This document shows positions 1 to 12,699 of a stretch of DNA of 64,000 nt, one piece after another. Source of the stretch: Camelus ferus (Eukaryota); contig NC_045696.1 of the NCBI RefSeq assembly GCF_009834535.1, positions 96,660,001-96,724,000 on the forward strand, in the 5' to 3' direction. The notes under the pieces were generated by a model, which saw only the letters and a program-made list of their open reading frames with translations, did no database searches and was not told the DNA's origin. The first letter of the stretch is position 1; each line of letters starts with the position of its first letter. Both the position numbers and the translations under genes were made by a program.

Positions 1-129
1 AAACTCCAGCTCAGCAACACCAAGTGGCCTTATGGGTGTCCACCTCTAGTAGCCACTCCCCTACCCAACTCCAAAAAAAAAAAAAAAAAAAAAAAAGACT
101 GACTTTACAATAGTTTATAATAAACTTAA

Positions 130-215
130 ATGGAGTATGACCTATAAAAATTTTCAATGTTGTACACCTGAAACTAATATAATATTGTGAATCAACCACA
201 TCTCAATTTAGAAAA
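130..215 (+). mobile_element. L1 3' end fragment
   Basis: tgttgtacacctgaaactaatataatattgtgaatcaac, a typical L1 3' UTR terminus. Confidence 0.6.
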
Positions 216-399
216 GATTTTTTTTTTTTAATTGAAAAGACTGGCTCCAAAGGAATCGAGAGAAATTGAAAGGGGAGATAGATAGTCCCCGCAGACTGCT
301 AGGATTCTCTGAGACTCAAGAGAGCAGTGCGAATGAAGCTTGCAGGAGTCCTAGCTTCGCCTGGCAGCTCTCTTCCCCTCCTCCCCTACGCCCCTCTCC

Positions 400-661
400 C
401 CGCCCAGGGGTTCTGCGGCTTTAATCTCGAGTCTGGGGGCCGAGCGGCAGGCGGTCGCCCAGGGAGACGGACGCACAAAAGGGTGCCGGCTCGCCCCTAA
501 GCTGGGACCCGCCGGTGTCCGCCGCGCTAGCCGTGATCCCGCTTCCCGCCCGCCTTGGCCAACATGTACTCGCATGGCAGCTTCAGAAAGCCTGAGAAGG
601 ACGAGGACCAGGAGGAGAACGAGGACGAGGATGTTACGGACGAGAAGGAGGAGGAGGTGAT

Positions 662-692
<31 letters not shown>

Positions 693-1000
693 AAGGAGGA
701 CAAGGAGGCTGCGGACGTGGAGGGGGAGCTGGAGGTCCATGGGAAGCTCAGCGATGAGTTCTGGAAGTTTTTGGAACTCGGTGAAGGCAATGAGGAGGAC
801 CAGAGAGCCTTTCGCCCCCGCTTAACCAGCGTCATCAGCCCCAGCCTGAGCCCGACGCCGCCGACGCTCAGCCCGACGCAGAGCCTGACGTGGAGCCAGA
901 CCCCGCCAGACAGCGAGAGCACGCCCTCCACCATCTTCTCCCAGAAAAGTAGCGCCCCCCCCCCCCCCCCCCGTCCTGGAAGGCGTCCCTGTCCCTGGGG
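400..1000. promoter_or_regulatory. CpG-island-like region spanning the ERICH6 promoter and exon 1
   Basis: High GC and many CpGs (gccgagcggcaggcggtcgcc, ccgccggtgtccgccgcgc) compared with the AT-rich, CpG-poor remainder; surrounds the ATG at 564. Confidence 0.7.
564..948 (+). CDS. ERICH6: Glutamate-rich protein 6, coding exon 1 (acidic Glu-rich N-terminus, then Ser/Pro/Thr-rich segment)
   Basis: ATG at 564, MYSHGSFRKPEKDEDQEENE...RPRLTSVISPSL...SQK; resembles the recalled human ERICH6 N-terminus; donor A|gtagcg (phase 1) fits exon 2. Confidence 0.85.
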
Positions 1001-1419
1001 GAGAGCTGGTCCAATTAGGTCCAATTACTCCCGTACACCTGGGTGTCTATTTCCACTACACCACTTCACACACACTCCTATCTCAGTCCCTTCTGTCAAA
1101 GACACTGAAATCTTTTGCTGAGTGGTTATGATGGTTCACAATTTAGGATAAAGGTGAAACGCCTCATAAAACTGGAAACAGGCAGTGCTGTACAGAGGGC
1201 TCATTTTATAACACTTACGTCTACATTAATACAGTGATCGAGTCCTCTCATTCTCTGCCCCTCCTCCCACGTGCCACTCCTGCAGTAGAAGTATTGCCTT
1301 AAAGGTATTGTGCTACTAAAACAGTCCTGTAAAAAACAATTCACTTTTGTGCTTAATTTCCTGTGCTGAAACCACTCCAACCACTTTCTTAAAAAAGTGA
1401 GGCAGAGCAGTTACTTTGA

Positions 1420-1652
1420 TAGGTTTGTCAATCTTCCAGTACTGATATTTGGGTCAGGATCACTCTTTGTAGGAGCGCATGTGTTGAGGGTGGGGGGAGG
1501 AACTGTCCGCAGGGTAGGATGTTTAGCAACATCCCTGGCGTCTACTTTTGACTATGCCATTAGCCATGCCTGGCTTTGTGACACTCAAAAATGCCTTTAG
1601 ACATTGCCAAATGTCTACCGGTGGCAAAACTGTCCTTTAGAGAACCACTGAT
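1420..1652 (-). mobile_element. MER20-like hAT-Charlie DNA transposon
   Basis: ggatgtttagcaacatccctgg...agacattgccaaatgtc...gagaaccactg matches recalled MER20 consensus. Confidence 0.75.
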
Positions 1653-1693
1653 TTAAAGGGAATGGGTAAATTGTTTAATGTTTCATTCAACAG

Positions 1694-1751
1694 GTTTTCC
1701 TAAAATATTTCAGACATTTAGGAAAGACATATCTGAAGTGAATTTTGATAG
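1694..1751 (+). CDS. ERICH6: ERICH6 exon 2
   Basis: caacag|GT TTT CCT AAA...GAT AG|gtaaga; (S)FPKIFQTFRKDISEVNFD(R); 58 nt. Confidence 0.93.
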
Positions 1752-4729
1752 GTAAGAAAATGTTTTCAATTTTTATATTATTATGTTTTGAATGATGATG
1801 CTTACTTTTTGGATAAACATGTCAGGAAGTAGAGCAAAATCATCCAGAGTATTTATAACCAATTTATTCAAAAAGTTTTGTTTTGTTTTGTTTTTAAATC
1901 TACACTGGTAGACATTTTGGAGGAGACAGAGTCCCTACCCATCTCTGGCTTAATTCCTACCTGGAGAGATGACATGTCTATTGATTAGTATAACATATCA
2001 TAACGGTATGCTATGTAAGTGCTATGAAACTTTAGGATGTTAAGTCTCTATTGGCTAAATTCAAGAGTGATCAGGGACACCTGTGGAGAATGGACAGTAC
2101 GATCCTTTCTTTTTCTTGTTGTTCTTGCTATTAGCCTTCAAACACTTTTAACCATAATAGGAAGACACGAGAGAAACACCTTTTGGAACATCTTTATAAA
2201 TCTTCCCTGAAATCTCACGCCAAATATGAGTCCACAATCTCATGTTATTATTCACCTAAGTTTTGCTTTTATAAGCAATTTTTAGGCAGAAGGAGAATTG
2301 TTCTGTCCCACTCATGTGTTTTTATTTATCCTTTAAATTCAACATTTTAATAAAAGATTATATAGATGGTTAAAACATTAAAGTATACAAAGGTATAAAA
2401 TTTAAACTCTCCATTCCCTTCTCCACTCCCTACTCCCACTCACTCCAGTTAACACACCGTTAACTTTGTTTCTAGTATAATTTAAATAGCATATTGTCAT
2501 TCCTTGATTTATTTTGACATAACTGTTGACTTCCCATCATGAAAGCTAATCAATGTAACTCATTCTACTTCCCTCCTCTTCAGTTTTGGTAGGTAGATTA
2601 TTTTTAGTTTTTCTAACCTTAGGACTTTAAAGTATTTAAACCTCTACTTCTTGATTCATGAATTTTTGTGACTGTTAACTCTATTTTGAAAAATTAACAC
2701 CTTAATGCCTTTCTATTAACTTCCTTCTATCTCTCCTCTCCCCTTTTCTCTCCCAATTAACAATAAATTGTATAACAAACTTCATTAAAATGTATAATAT
2801 ATATTCATGTAAAGACATGTTACTTTGCCCGGTTTTATTATGTTTGTATGTTTTGTAATTATAATTAGCTTAGTGCTTTGTGTACAGATTGAATCTAAAA
2901 ATTGAAAGCCAATAACCAATACTCATAATTTTATGCTAAGAACCAAAGTGACTACATTCAAGCACAAGAAAATGCAATTCTATGTCTGTAAAATTTGGTT
3001 CCTAAAAGAACTTTTCAACTCTCAGTTTGGCCATACATTCTTGATTTCCATATTTCTTTCTTTTAGCTGGAGAAACTCCTCAGGTTATTATTTCGTATCA
3101 ATCTCATGGGTAGTCAATTTCTGAGTTCTTACCTGTCTTGACATTTCTTCCTTTTGCCGTCATATTTTATTAATAATATAACCTGGCATAAAGGAATAGG
3201 TTTAAAACCATTTTCCCGCAGAATTCTGAAGACTGCTTCGTTGCCTTCTAGTATCCAGTACGACTGATCAGTCTGCTTCTCACACCCTTCTGATATTTCA
3301 CTATTTCCTCCCTTTCGTTGTCTCTATTCTTTCCTTCGGAACGCCTGCTGGATAGCTGTTGGACCGCTTGGATATCTTCAAGATTTTTGGTGTTTACATG
3401 CTACTCTGCTGCCTTTGTACAGAATTTTTAATTTGGGGGTTCATACTTGTAATTTCCAAGAACCAGTTCTTATTCTCTGATTATTGCTGTTCAAAATAGT
3501 TGTGTGTGTACGTGTTTTAATATCTCTTCTGGGGTACTCTTTTATTGTTTAAATTTTTTAGAGGGTACTCTTATACTTAAATTCTCCTTTGTTCTTTGAA
3601 TTTCTTCTTTTTTCTTTCAGGACCAGTCGTTCTGTTTATCTTGCCCTTTCTTCGTGCTACTGATTGTCTTTAAGTCACTGGTAATCCTTGGTCATCCATT
3701 TGTATTTATCGATAAATGACTGGTAGGTAGCTAACACGGGGACCCTCTGCAGCTAAGCAGTTCCGTTTCCTTAAAGGGCTGGCAGGGGAGGGTGGTCCGT
3801 GAGTCCTGCGTGGGGGGGGTGGGGGTGCGGGGCGCGTCACGGCGGCTTCCGGGGCGGGGGCGTTGGCAGAGGCACCGCAAGCAGAAAACCCCCCGTACTA
3901 CTAGAGTTAGCCTGCGGACGCTTTACTGTGTGGTTGGAGTTCCTTACGCATTTCTTTCCTGGTGGACTGCCCCTTCCTCCTTTCTCACCCAAGCCTGTTG
4001 GGCCGTTTCTGAGCCCCTCATCCTGTGCTCTGCAGCTCTTTCAGACCTAAAACCTCCCCAGAAAGACTGCCCACTCTTTTTAGAAAACAGTTCTGTGGGC
4101 TTCATCTGGAAATAAAAACAACTGCTGCCAACGCCAGCTGTTCCATGTTCACTCCTTGAACTACTCTGATGACAGTCCGCAGCCTCCTTCTCTCTGCATT
4201 TGGTCTTGTCTAGGCTAGGAGCTCCTCTGAAGTTCCCTTGGGAAGAACTTCACTTATTATCTCTCTTATCTTGAGCTCTGGTGGTCTCTGCTCTCGTTTT
4301 CCATCAGCCTGAGGCCACTTATTTTCTTCCTTTTAAGGTCTTCTTCAGTATTACTTGTCTACTGATGACCCCTTTCTTGTTTTCCAGGGCTACTCTTTGT
4401 GTGTGTTTAAGTGTTTGTTAGTAAGATCTTGGAAAGGAACAGGAGAATTATGTGCTCAGGTGCCATCTTGACCTGGACTTCCTATTACATGGGAACCTCT
4501 CTTTCCTAGATCAAATTCTTAATTTCTCCTCATAAATATTCCTAAGAAGATACTTCTTTTATATTTCAAAGCATTCTCTGGGTGAGTTTGGTGAGATTCT
4601 ATTTTTAAGAAAATCCCTCCTAAAAAGTCATAAAAATGCAACCAATGTTGGCTCAACCTCTACCTTTAACTGCCCCATTACTATTTTGATTAAAAATGGG
4701 GCAAACTTTAGGAGGCAGATGAATGCAAA

Positions 4730-4950
4730 GAAAACACAGGTTTTGGAATCAACCAGGCCTGGGCCCTTCTGCATCAGCCATGCCTGATTTTGAAAGAGGT
4801 CCCTAGAGCCCCAGTTTCCTTGTCTGTGCGAAGGAAATACTAATTCCCACCTCAATTCATCTTTGTAAAGATAAATGAAATAATGTGAGTAAAGCACATG
4901 TATCTACTGTTGTATCTACTACTACACAGTAAGTTCTCCGTAAATGTTAA
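4730..4950 (+). mobile_element. MIR SINE remnant
   Basis: gagccccagtttccttgtctgt...gataaatgaaataatgtgagtaaagcac, MIR core-like. Confidence 0.55.
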
Positions 4951-6014
4951 TTTTGTTCTTATCCTCAGTTATCTGCTGTTTTTACATAGAATTTCAGAAA
5001 CAATCTATGGTGTTGGTTTAAGGAAGGCAAAGAGACCTAGATGAGTAATGTATTGATTTTGTTACCCATTGAATTGGGAAAAGACTCAAACATAAAATGT
5101 TGTCTAGGGACTGATCTTCAGTGTTCCTTTACTCTTGGTCCCATAACTTGTTGCCCTGGGAGGTCAGAGAAATAGGACTCCCCCCAACACTTGCTCAAGT
5201 GGCTTATGCAGAGGAGTTCTCCACCCATTACAGGACACAGCCATTTCAGAATTAAAACACCCTACAAAACACACAATGTGCCAAGGAACAAAGCATCAAA
5301 AACGTAAGGTGGAGACTAAGAGAACTAAGAAAGGTGAAAAAGTAACAATCCTCAAGTTGACTCTATTATTTGGAAAATTTGTGTTTGATCATTTTAGAAG
5401 AGCCAGCAAACTGTGGCAAAAAAATTAAAATTCAAAGAGGCAAAGGCACTTGAAAAGCATTAGTTATTGTTCACTTGTTACCAGTAATAGTCATTTTAGC
5501 TAGTAAAAGTCAAAACATTCCTGCTTCTTGTCATGCCACAGTAACTCAAATAACTGATTAAACTACTTGCAGAAAAAATACAGTTGCTTAATTACAATGC
5601 ATTTAACTTCAGCCCTTTAAAAAAAAGCCTGGATTATTATAAAGCTATTTTTAAATGAACAATATGTTCTAATTTAAATTCAAGTAACTGTTTAAACATA
5701 CATACCATCATCACCACCACCACCACCAACAGACATACACAGAGGGGTAGTAATTTACTCCCTGAGGGAAATAATATGGTATTTGGAGTCTCCAAGATTT
5801 AAAAAAGGAGTATTATGCAAAGAACAGATGTGACACAAATACATTGTGCCTGATTTTACTGAAGACGTAAGAATGGAAGAAAATATTTTAAAGAAAAAAG
5901 AAATCAGGATCTTCTATGAACATCTGTCATTTGATTGTCAAATGTACTATAATTAGAAGAACCGCTAACAACTGTATAGGTATACCAAAAACTAACATCT
6001 TCTCTAAATTTCAG

Positions 6015-6106
6015 GACTACCCGTCACAGTTTGTATCTAAGAAACCCAATGTCAGTACAAACAGAAGAAAGTTGGCTTCAAGAATTGTATAGCACAGAGC
6101 AGCTGC
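6015..6106 (+). CDS. ERICH6: ERICH6 exon 3
   Basis: tttcag|G ACT ACC...CTG C|gtgagt; TTRHSLYLRNPMSVQTEESWLQELYSTEQL; SVQTEESWLQ motif; 92 nt, phases fit exons 2 and 4. Confidence 0.9.
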
Positions 6107-6134
6107 GTGAGTAGTTTGGTTTGGGAGATGGGAT

Positions 6135-6360
6135 TGCACGTTGGAAAGAGCCCTGGTGTAGGCAGCCATCAGAGCTAGGTTTGAGTCCCAGTCCTGACAC
6201 AAACTAACACTGTGACCATTGGACAAGTCACTTAACCTCATTGCCTCTGTTTCTTCATCTGTTGCCATAATAATCCTTCTGTCACAGGGCTGTTATGAAG
6301 ATCAAAATAAGAGTTAATATTTAAATTCCTTGGCACTGAGATTTTAATAAATGGTAGCAT
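6135..6360 (+). mobile_element. MIR SINE remnant
   Basis: ctgtgaccattggacaagtcacttaacctcattgcctctgtttcttcatctgt, MIR core. Confidence 0.7.
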
Positions 6361-6391
6361 TTGTGTTCACATCAAGAAGTAATCTGCCATC

Positions 6392-6560
6392 GGGGGGTGG
6401 GTATAGCTCAGTGGTAGAGTTCATGCTTAGCATGCATGAGGTTCTGGGTTCAATCCCCAGGACATCCATTAAAAAAAAGTAAATGAATAAATAAAACTAA
6501 TTACCTGCCCCCTCCAAAAGAGAAAAAACATTCCTTTAAAAAATAAAATAAAAATTATTT
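6392..6560 (+). mobile_element. Camelid tRNA-derived SINE (Vic-1-like)
   Basis: gggggtgggtatagctcagtggtagag...gggttcaatcccc (Pol III A/B boxes), then aaataaaactaattacc and an A-rich tail. Confidence 0.85.
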
Positions 6561-6679
6561 AAAAAGAAAAATATAATGTAAACATTAAAATCTTAACTGA
6601 TCCCAATATATTCCTCAGAGGTAATCATTATGAATAGCCTTTCCTTTCACCTTTAATATTTGTTTTATGTTATGTCACT

Positions 6680-7235
6680 TATTCATCAGATGTTTCCTGA
6701 GCACACACCACATGCCAAGCACCTGTCATAGGTCAGTTTCCTGTTCTAGGGAAACAGCAATGAACAAAGCAGACAAACCCCCGTCTCAGTGATCTTCCAT
6801 AAAAAGTGTGGGAGGTGGAGGTGACAGTGAGATAAATAATACACAAAAGAAGTAAATATATAAAACATTAGATGATGTAGTGCTAAGGGGGAAAATAAAC
6901 CAGGGAGAGGGATGGAAAATGCTGGGCAGATGGGTGCAAGCTTACATGGGACACTCAGGGAAATCCTCACCGAGAAGGTGAAATACTTAAGTAAAGACCT
7001 CAAGGAGGCGAGAGAGCCATGATGATCTCTGGTGGAAGAGTGTTCCGGGCACAGGGAAGAGCAAGTGCTTCCTTCTAGAACAAGGCGGCAGCCAGTGTGG
7101 CTGCAGTGGAGTAAATAAGGAGGTGACTCCTAGGGGTAAGGTCAGAGAGACAATGAGGGCCAAATCCTGTTCAATGGAAATGAAACGGGAAGTCACTGGA
7201 GCATTCCCACAGAGGAGTGAAGCGATCTAACATAA
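6680..7235 (-). mobile_element. L2 LINE remnant
   Basis: attcatcagatgtttcctgagcac...atgccaagcac...gtgttccgggcacagggaagagcaagtgc, degenerate L2 3' region. Confidence 0.65.
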
Positions 7236-7394
7236 AAACTAAACATAAGATGTACAATTAATATTAAATATTACCATAATATTAAACCTAATATTAAGAT
7301 TTTAATTATTCCCAAATGAACCTATATAGTCAGTATAATTGTGACACAGTTTTTCAGTGGGATTTGACAAGTTGAGGCTTTGGTCTTGCTTTGT

Positions 7395-7740
7395 AGCATT
7401 AAAAGGTGAAATGAGACATTTTCAAATGTTTAAGAGTTCATATGAGCAGACATGGATTGGAGCTGGGCAGCAACAAACCAGAAGTGGTTAGGAGCACTCC
7501 ACAGACAAGAGCTAAGGAGAGGTTTCCATAGAGAAGACAAGGGGGCAAAGCAGGGAAAGCATTTGATTGGCTATTGCTCAAGGATGTATTACTTGGGGAA
7601 AGCCCGGTTGGCTGTTTGTGATTGGCTGTCCTCAACCTTGAGGAACTGACTCTGGCTTTGGTTCTGCCTTGCTTCCAATTTGGCTGCCGAGGCATTAGGG
7701 CCACCTCATCTAATGGCCTCCCCGTTTGATTACTTTGACA
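7395..7740 (-). mobile_element. ERV1-type solo LTR remnant (MER34/MER39-like)
   Basis: Repeated gattggct (CCAAT) boxes, ends ...ttgaca; family by resemblance only. Confidence 0.45.
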
Positions 7741-8993
7741 GCAGGAACCTGGTGTACCTTTTCACATTTTTCAGATTATCTTTTATGTGCTTTTTTCATA
7801 TAGGACTCATATGCAACTCTCATTAGTTTATTCTTAGGTATTTTATAGTTTTTTATTGATGTAACAACTAGAATCTTTTTTCCTATATTTCCTAGTTGGT
7901 TATTGTTAGTTTATAGGAATACTATTAATTTCAATGTATTAATCTTGTCTCTGATCCCCATTACTGAACCTTCCTATTCTAATAGTTTATCAGTTGAAAG
8001 TCTACTAGATAACTACATTTCCTGTGAATAACAGCAGTTTTATCTCTTCTTTGAATTTTTTACTTAGCAGAGTATCCACGTCAGCAAAGATTGATCTAAT
8101 TCTTTGAAATGACTGCACAGTATCCCCTTATATACATACAGTTACAGTGACGTATGTAATACATCTGATTGTTAGATGTTTCAGGGCTGTTTGGTTTGGT
8201 TTGGTGTCTTGACCTCTTCCCTATAACGAACGATGCCTTCATGAAAATCATTGTTCATTCTTTATTTTTCATACCTGTGCTGGCATCTCTGTCTGACAAG
8301 ATGCCTAAAATGATTTTAAATTTCTTCAGATGCTGCTTCACATAGGAAGTGTGTCATCTTCTGAAGCCCATTTCTTTCTCCAGCGCCAGCCCTGGCTGTG
8401 CAGGTCCACCCCTTCCCTTTACCCCTGGCCTACTGTAGGTGGTTCTGATTGGATTTGCATCATTCCAGTCCTGTGCGTCTAACCTTCTAGATAGACATTA
8501 CTCAAAGTGGCTTGTGTGTTGATGATTGTCTTCCCCATTTCCAGTATTGCCCTGGAATCTGCAGAGGGAATTACCCAGATGGTTTAGTTCACTGTCTTAA
8601 ACTGGACCCCGCCAACCCCTGCTCCAGCATTCTTCTCCCTGAAAAATATTTTACAGAATAATAGTCATAAACTAGATAGAATAGTACTTTTAAAAGGCAG
8701 AAAACTAGAAGGTCTGCAAACTATGATTATAATCAAGTAAAATATGCATTCGTGTAGTATCCTAAGGCTAGAAAGCAGCAAGGAAACATCTCTTAATGTG
8801 CTACATTAGTGGTGAGTCTCCTCTGTTTGTTACTTACTGTTGATAAAATGCTATTTGGGGCAACAAAAAAAAAATTAAAATATAAAACAAACACAACAAG
8901 GTCACTTATTTTTCCTAGAGGCATATATTCTTTTATATTAAGCTCCTTTCCTCCTTTGTCAGGAGAGATGACAAATGTACACTCTTTTTGCAG

Positions 8994-9056
8994 AGAAGGA
9001 AATGCCCTCTGTGAAGAAGGAAGATGAACCTGAAAATCTAGCTTCTAAGTTAAGAG
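8994..9056 (+). CDS. ERICH6: ERICH6 exon 4
   Basis: ttttgcag|AG AAG GAA...AGA G|gtaact; KEMPSVKKEDEPENLASKLR; 63 nt. Confidence 0.88.
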
Positions 9057-9230
9057 GTAACTGGATGTCTGGCATCATCCCCTCTGCTAACAACAGCAAC
9101 CTGCCCTGAGGGAGCCAGCCTTAACTTGAATGGTGCCCAGCCCCTTTAGAAAAGAGCTTCCCTCAGAATACGTACAAGAAGGTGGTTAACGTAGGGTTTC
9201 AGGGCATTTAGACTGTGCGTGCTGTGTTTG

Positions 9231-9273
9231 TGAGAGAGAGAGAGAGAGGGAGAGGGAGAGGGAGAGAGGGAGA

Positions 9274-9351
<78 letters not shown>
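9231..9351. repeat. (GA)n microsatellite in ERICH6 intron 4
   Basis: About 120 nt of GA/GAGG repeats. Confidence 0.98.
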
Positions 9352-9354
<3 letters not shown>

Positions 9355-9439
9355 GCTAGGATCTTCAAACTAGAGAAAATGGAACACACTGCACAACAGT
9401 TTTAAACTTTCCTTCTAAATCTATCCTTTTTTTCTTCAG

Positions 9440-9495
9440 CAAAATGGGTAATTAATCCAGAAGAGCCAAAACTAAGTATTTTATGTGAGCTGGAG
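9440..9495 (+). CDS. ERICH6: ERICH6 exon 5
   Basis: cttcag|CA AAA TGG...GAG|gtaaga; KWVINPEEPKLSILCELE; 56 nt. Confidence 0.93.
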
Positions 9496-9585
9496 GTAAG
9501 AAATATTTATCAGTCCATCTAGTACACTGTACTCATAGTAAAAATCACTTACTCAATTTTTTTTTTCTCTCTCTCTTAAATTTAG

Positions 9586-9786
<201 letters not shown>

Positions 9787-9813
9787 TGAACGTATCTTTA
9801 AAAAAAAGGCAAA

Positions 9814-9940
9814 GGGGGTGGGTATAGCTCAGTGGTAGAGCACATGCTTAGCATGCATGAGGTCATGGGTTAAATCCCCAGTACTTCCACTGAAAAATGA
9901 TGATAAGTAAATAAACCTAATTATCTCCCCCCACCCCCCA
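9814..9940 (+). mobile_element. Camelid tRNA-derived SINE (Vic-1-like)
   Basis: Same head as the 6392 copy; flanked by aaaaggcaaag / aaaagccaaag target-site duplication. Confidence 0.87.
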
Positions 9941-9988
9941 AAAAGCCAAAGAGCTCATGTACATGGAATGGCCCTTACACAGGGTGGC

Positions 9989-10380
9989 TGTATCCATTTC
10001 CTAGGGCTGCTGTGACAAAGTACGACAAACTATGTGGCTTACAGTGATAGGAAAGTATTGTCTCACAGTTCTGAAGGCTGGAAGTCCAAAATCAAGGTGT
10101 TAGCAAGTCCAGCCTAGAGGGAAGAGATCCTCCTTGCCTCTCCCAGGTGTCCGGTAGCAGCCGGCAATCCCTGGCTTCCTTGGCTTGCAGCTGAGTCATT
10201 CGGGCCTCTGCCTCGGTTGTCCCAGCAGGCTCAGTGTGTCTGTGTCCAAATGTCCCTCTTCCCCAGCGATACCACATTAGTGGTGATTAGTGCCTGCCCT
10301 CATGACCTCATCTTACATCTGCAGAGACCCCTTTCTAATAAGGCCACAAGTTCCAGGGGTTAGGAATTCAACCCATAAGA
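9989..10380 (-). mobile_element. MLT1-type ERVL-MaLR solo LTR
   Basis: tgtatccatttcctagggctgctgtgacaaagtac...cagttctgaaggctggaagtccaaaatcaaggtgt; perfect 5-bp TSD GTGGC at 9984-9988 and 10381-10385. Confidence 0.88.
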
Positions 10381-12323
10381 GTGGCCATAAAGCCTGGACA
10401 TGTACATGAACATTAGCTGTATTTGATCACACTAAGTGACCAACTGACATCTGCATTCCATGGGCGAGGGAGGGGTCACCTTAGTCATTCCAACAGGATG
10501 CACATCGCCCTGCTTCTCCAGCAGGGCGAAGGACTGACTGATGGTATGATTACGTCCAAACTTGGACAGCATGGCCATGTGCAGAGAGCTGCACACCCCC
10601 CAGGTGGGAACCTCCTTGATTACTCTCTGGGGTCCCCTACAGGTGCAGGCTTCTTCACTGAAAATAACAGACACCAATCATTCGAGGCAGGGCGTCACAG
10701 ACGTGTGTGCAGGAGTTGACGGGAATGCTGTGGGGGTGCCCCGAGGTGGTTGCTGTTCATTGCCATTTTGTGCAGCACACTGAACTATGCAATTATAACA
10801 TGTGGTGACACATTAAATACATCTCATTGCGTGATGAGTCAGCATTTACTGTTCATATTTGCCCAGGGTTCTAAATTTTATGGTCACCTTCCAGACTGCA
10901 GGCTGAAATTCTTTCTTCAAACACAACACCTTCCTTTTTCTGAAGCACAAAGGCTTATATCCAGAAAGTTTCTTGAGCTTTCTTCCCCTGATGCCCAGAG
11001 ATGGGCCTGAATACGAGGAAGGCCTTGTGGCCTTTCTTGCCCTGAGTCGTCCCTGCACTGGCCCCTGGGCAGGGTTGACGCCGCCCGCATCCCGGACAGA
11101 CCTTTCAGGTCTTCTGAGATGGGCCTTGACACTGGTCAAGTTCAGGGGTGGCAGCAGCCACGCCCTCTTGAGGTGCAGATTCCAGCCCCACTAGTGATTT
11201 TTTGAAGTATCTCCACTTGCTTTGCCCCATGTGATGGGGTAAAGGGACCATGGACGGAGTTCACCACCAAGATGCTGGTGTGGGACAGGCTATAGCTGGC
11301 CAGGCACTGCCAAGTTCTGTGTGCCCGCTCCATCATTTGGTAGATCCTAGATTCATCCCCACCATCCCTGTATTACAAGGCTTTCCTCCCTAAGGGTTCT
11401 GTTTGCAGAGATGTGCAGTACTTACTACTGGGTGGTTTCAGTGACCTAAAGATATTGGACATTACTCTGGGGTTCCTGGCCATCTCAGTCACCCTTTGGC
11501 CCCAGGTGGCCATTTTGCCAGTCCCAGAGAATGGCTTCCATGGCAATATAGATGCCCTGGTAATTTCATGACCTGCAAGTCACGTCCTGGGTCTTCTCCT
11601 GGAGGCCTGTGCCGAGGCTTGGCTGCTCACCTGCCCAGGAGCCTCCGCAGTCACAGCCATGACCTCAGATCACTAACAGGGCCGTGGTGCATCCACCCCG
11701 CACCGAGTCACCTGTGCCCCTCACGCCCCGTCTCCTCTTGCTTCCCTCGGCTTCCCTTCCCCCTCCTGGATTACCTTCACAGCACAGCCAGGAGAATTCA
11801 GTGACTCAGCTGGGCCTCCCTTGAGAAAGGATTCTAGTTTATTTTAGAAAGTGGACCATTGTAAATAGTGCCAACATAGTCATGTCACAACTGTTTCTTA
11901 TCTGACACTTCTTGAAAGAGTATATGGTATTCAAACACCTGAGACCATTTACACAAAGTCAAGTATGTGTTGTCCTCTGTCTCCCACATCTGGTCACACA
12001 CTGTACATCCCCCTCAACAAGGGACCCTGATGTCAACAGTGAAGTCATTTCTGCAACATTCTTCTTACACCAAGGAGGCAGCCCAAGGACTCACGCAGCT
12101 CCTAGGGGCTCAGCGGGGCCCTGGTGAGCTGCACCGGAGAGGGGCCCCCAAACCACCTCGGCCTCCTCAGTCCTTACCAGCCCTTGACTAGAAGTGATGT
12201 CTCATCACTGGAATATACAGATCTTGCTGGTCTGGTGCCTTCTAGCAGAGGACCTCAGCCCCTGAAAGCTCCCTCCCGACTGCTTCTGGGAGCCCTCATG
12301 GGCTGACAAGAGTTCTCAGGTAG

Positions 12324-12614
<291 letters not shown>

Positions 12615-12699
12615 TAAACTCTGCTTTTAAATAGATGTGGTATTTTCTTCTGCATCTTTCCCCGTGTTGCCATCCTGAAAAGGGTTATGTGTTAGTGGT

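Noticed and set aside
351..1024. Minus-strand ORFs of 129 aa and 165 aa (poly-Leu, poly-Ser)
   Set aside because: Antisense shadows of the GAG-rich ERICH6 exon 1; no independent coding evidence.
555..1121. 188-aa single-exon gene as given by the ORF track
   Set aside because: Starts at TTG and runs past the exon 1 donor; the real CDS starts at ATG 564 and splices at 948.
6392..6470. Apparent tRNA genes (also at 9814, 52760 and 53011)
   Set aside because: These are tRNA-like SINE heads with degenerate stems, a shared non-tRNA tail, A-rich ends and, for three of the four, TSDs.
9186..9389. LSLSLS, THTHTH and CVCVCV ORFs (also at 23685-23915 and 41515-41862)
   Set aside because: Translations of (GA)n and (CA)n microsatellites.
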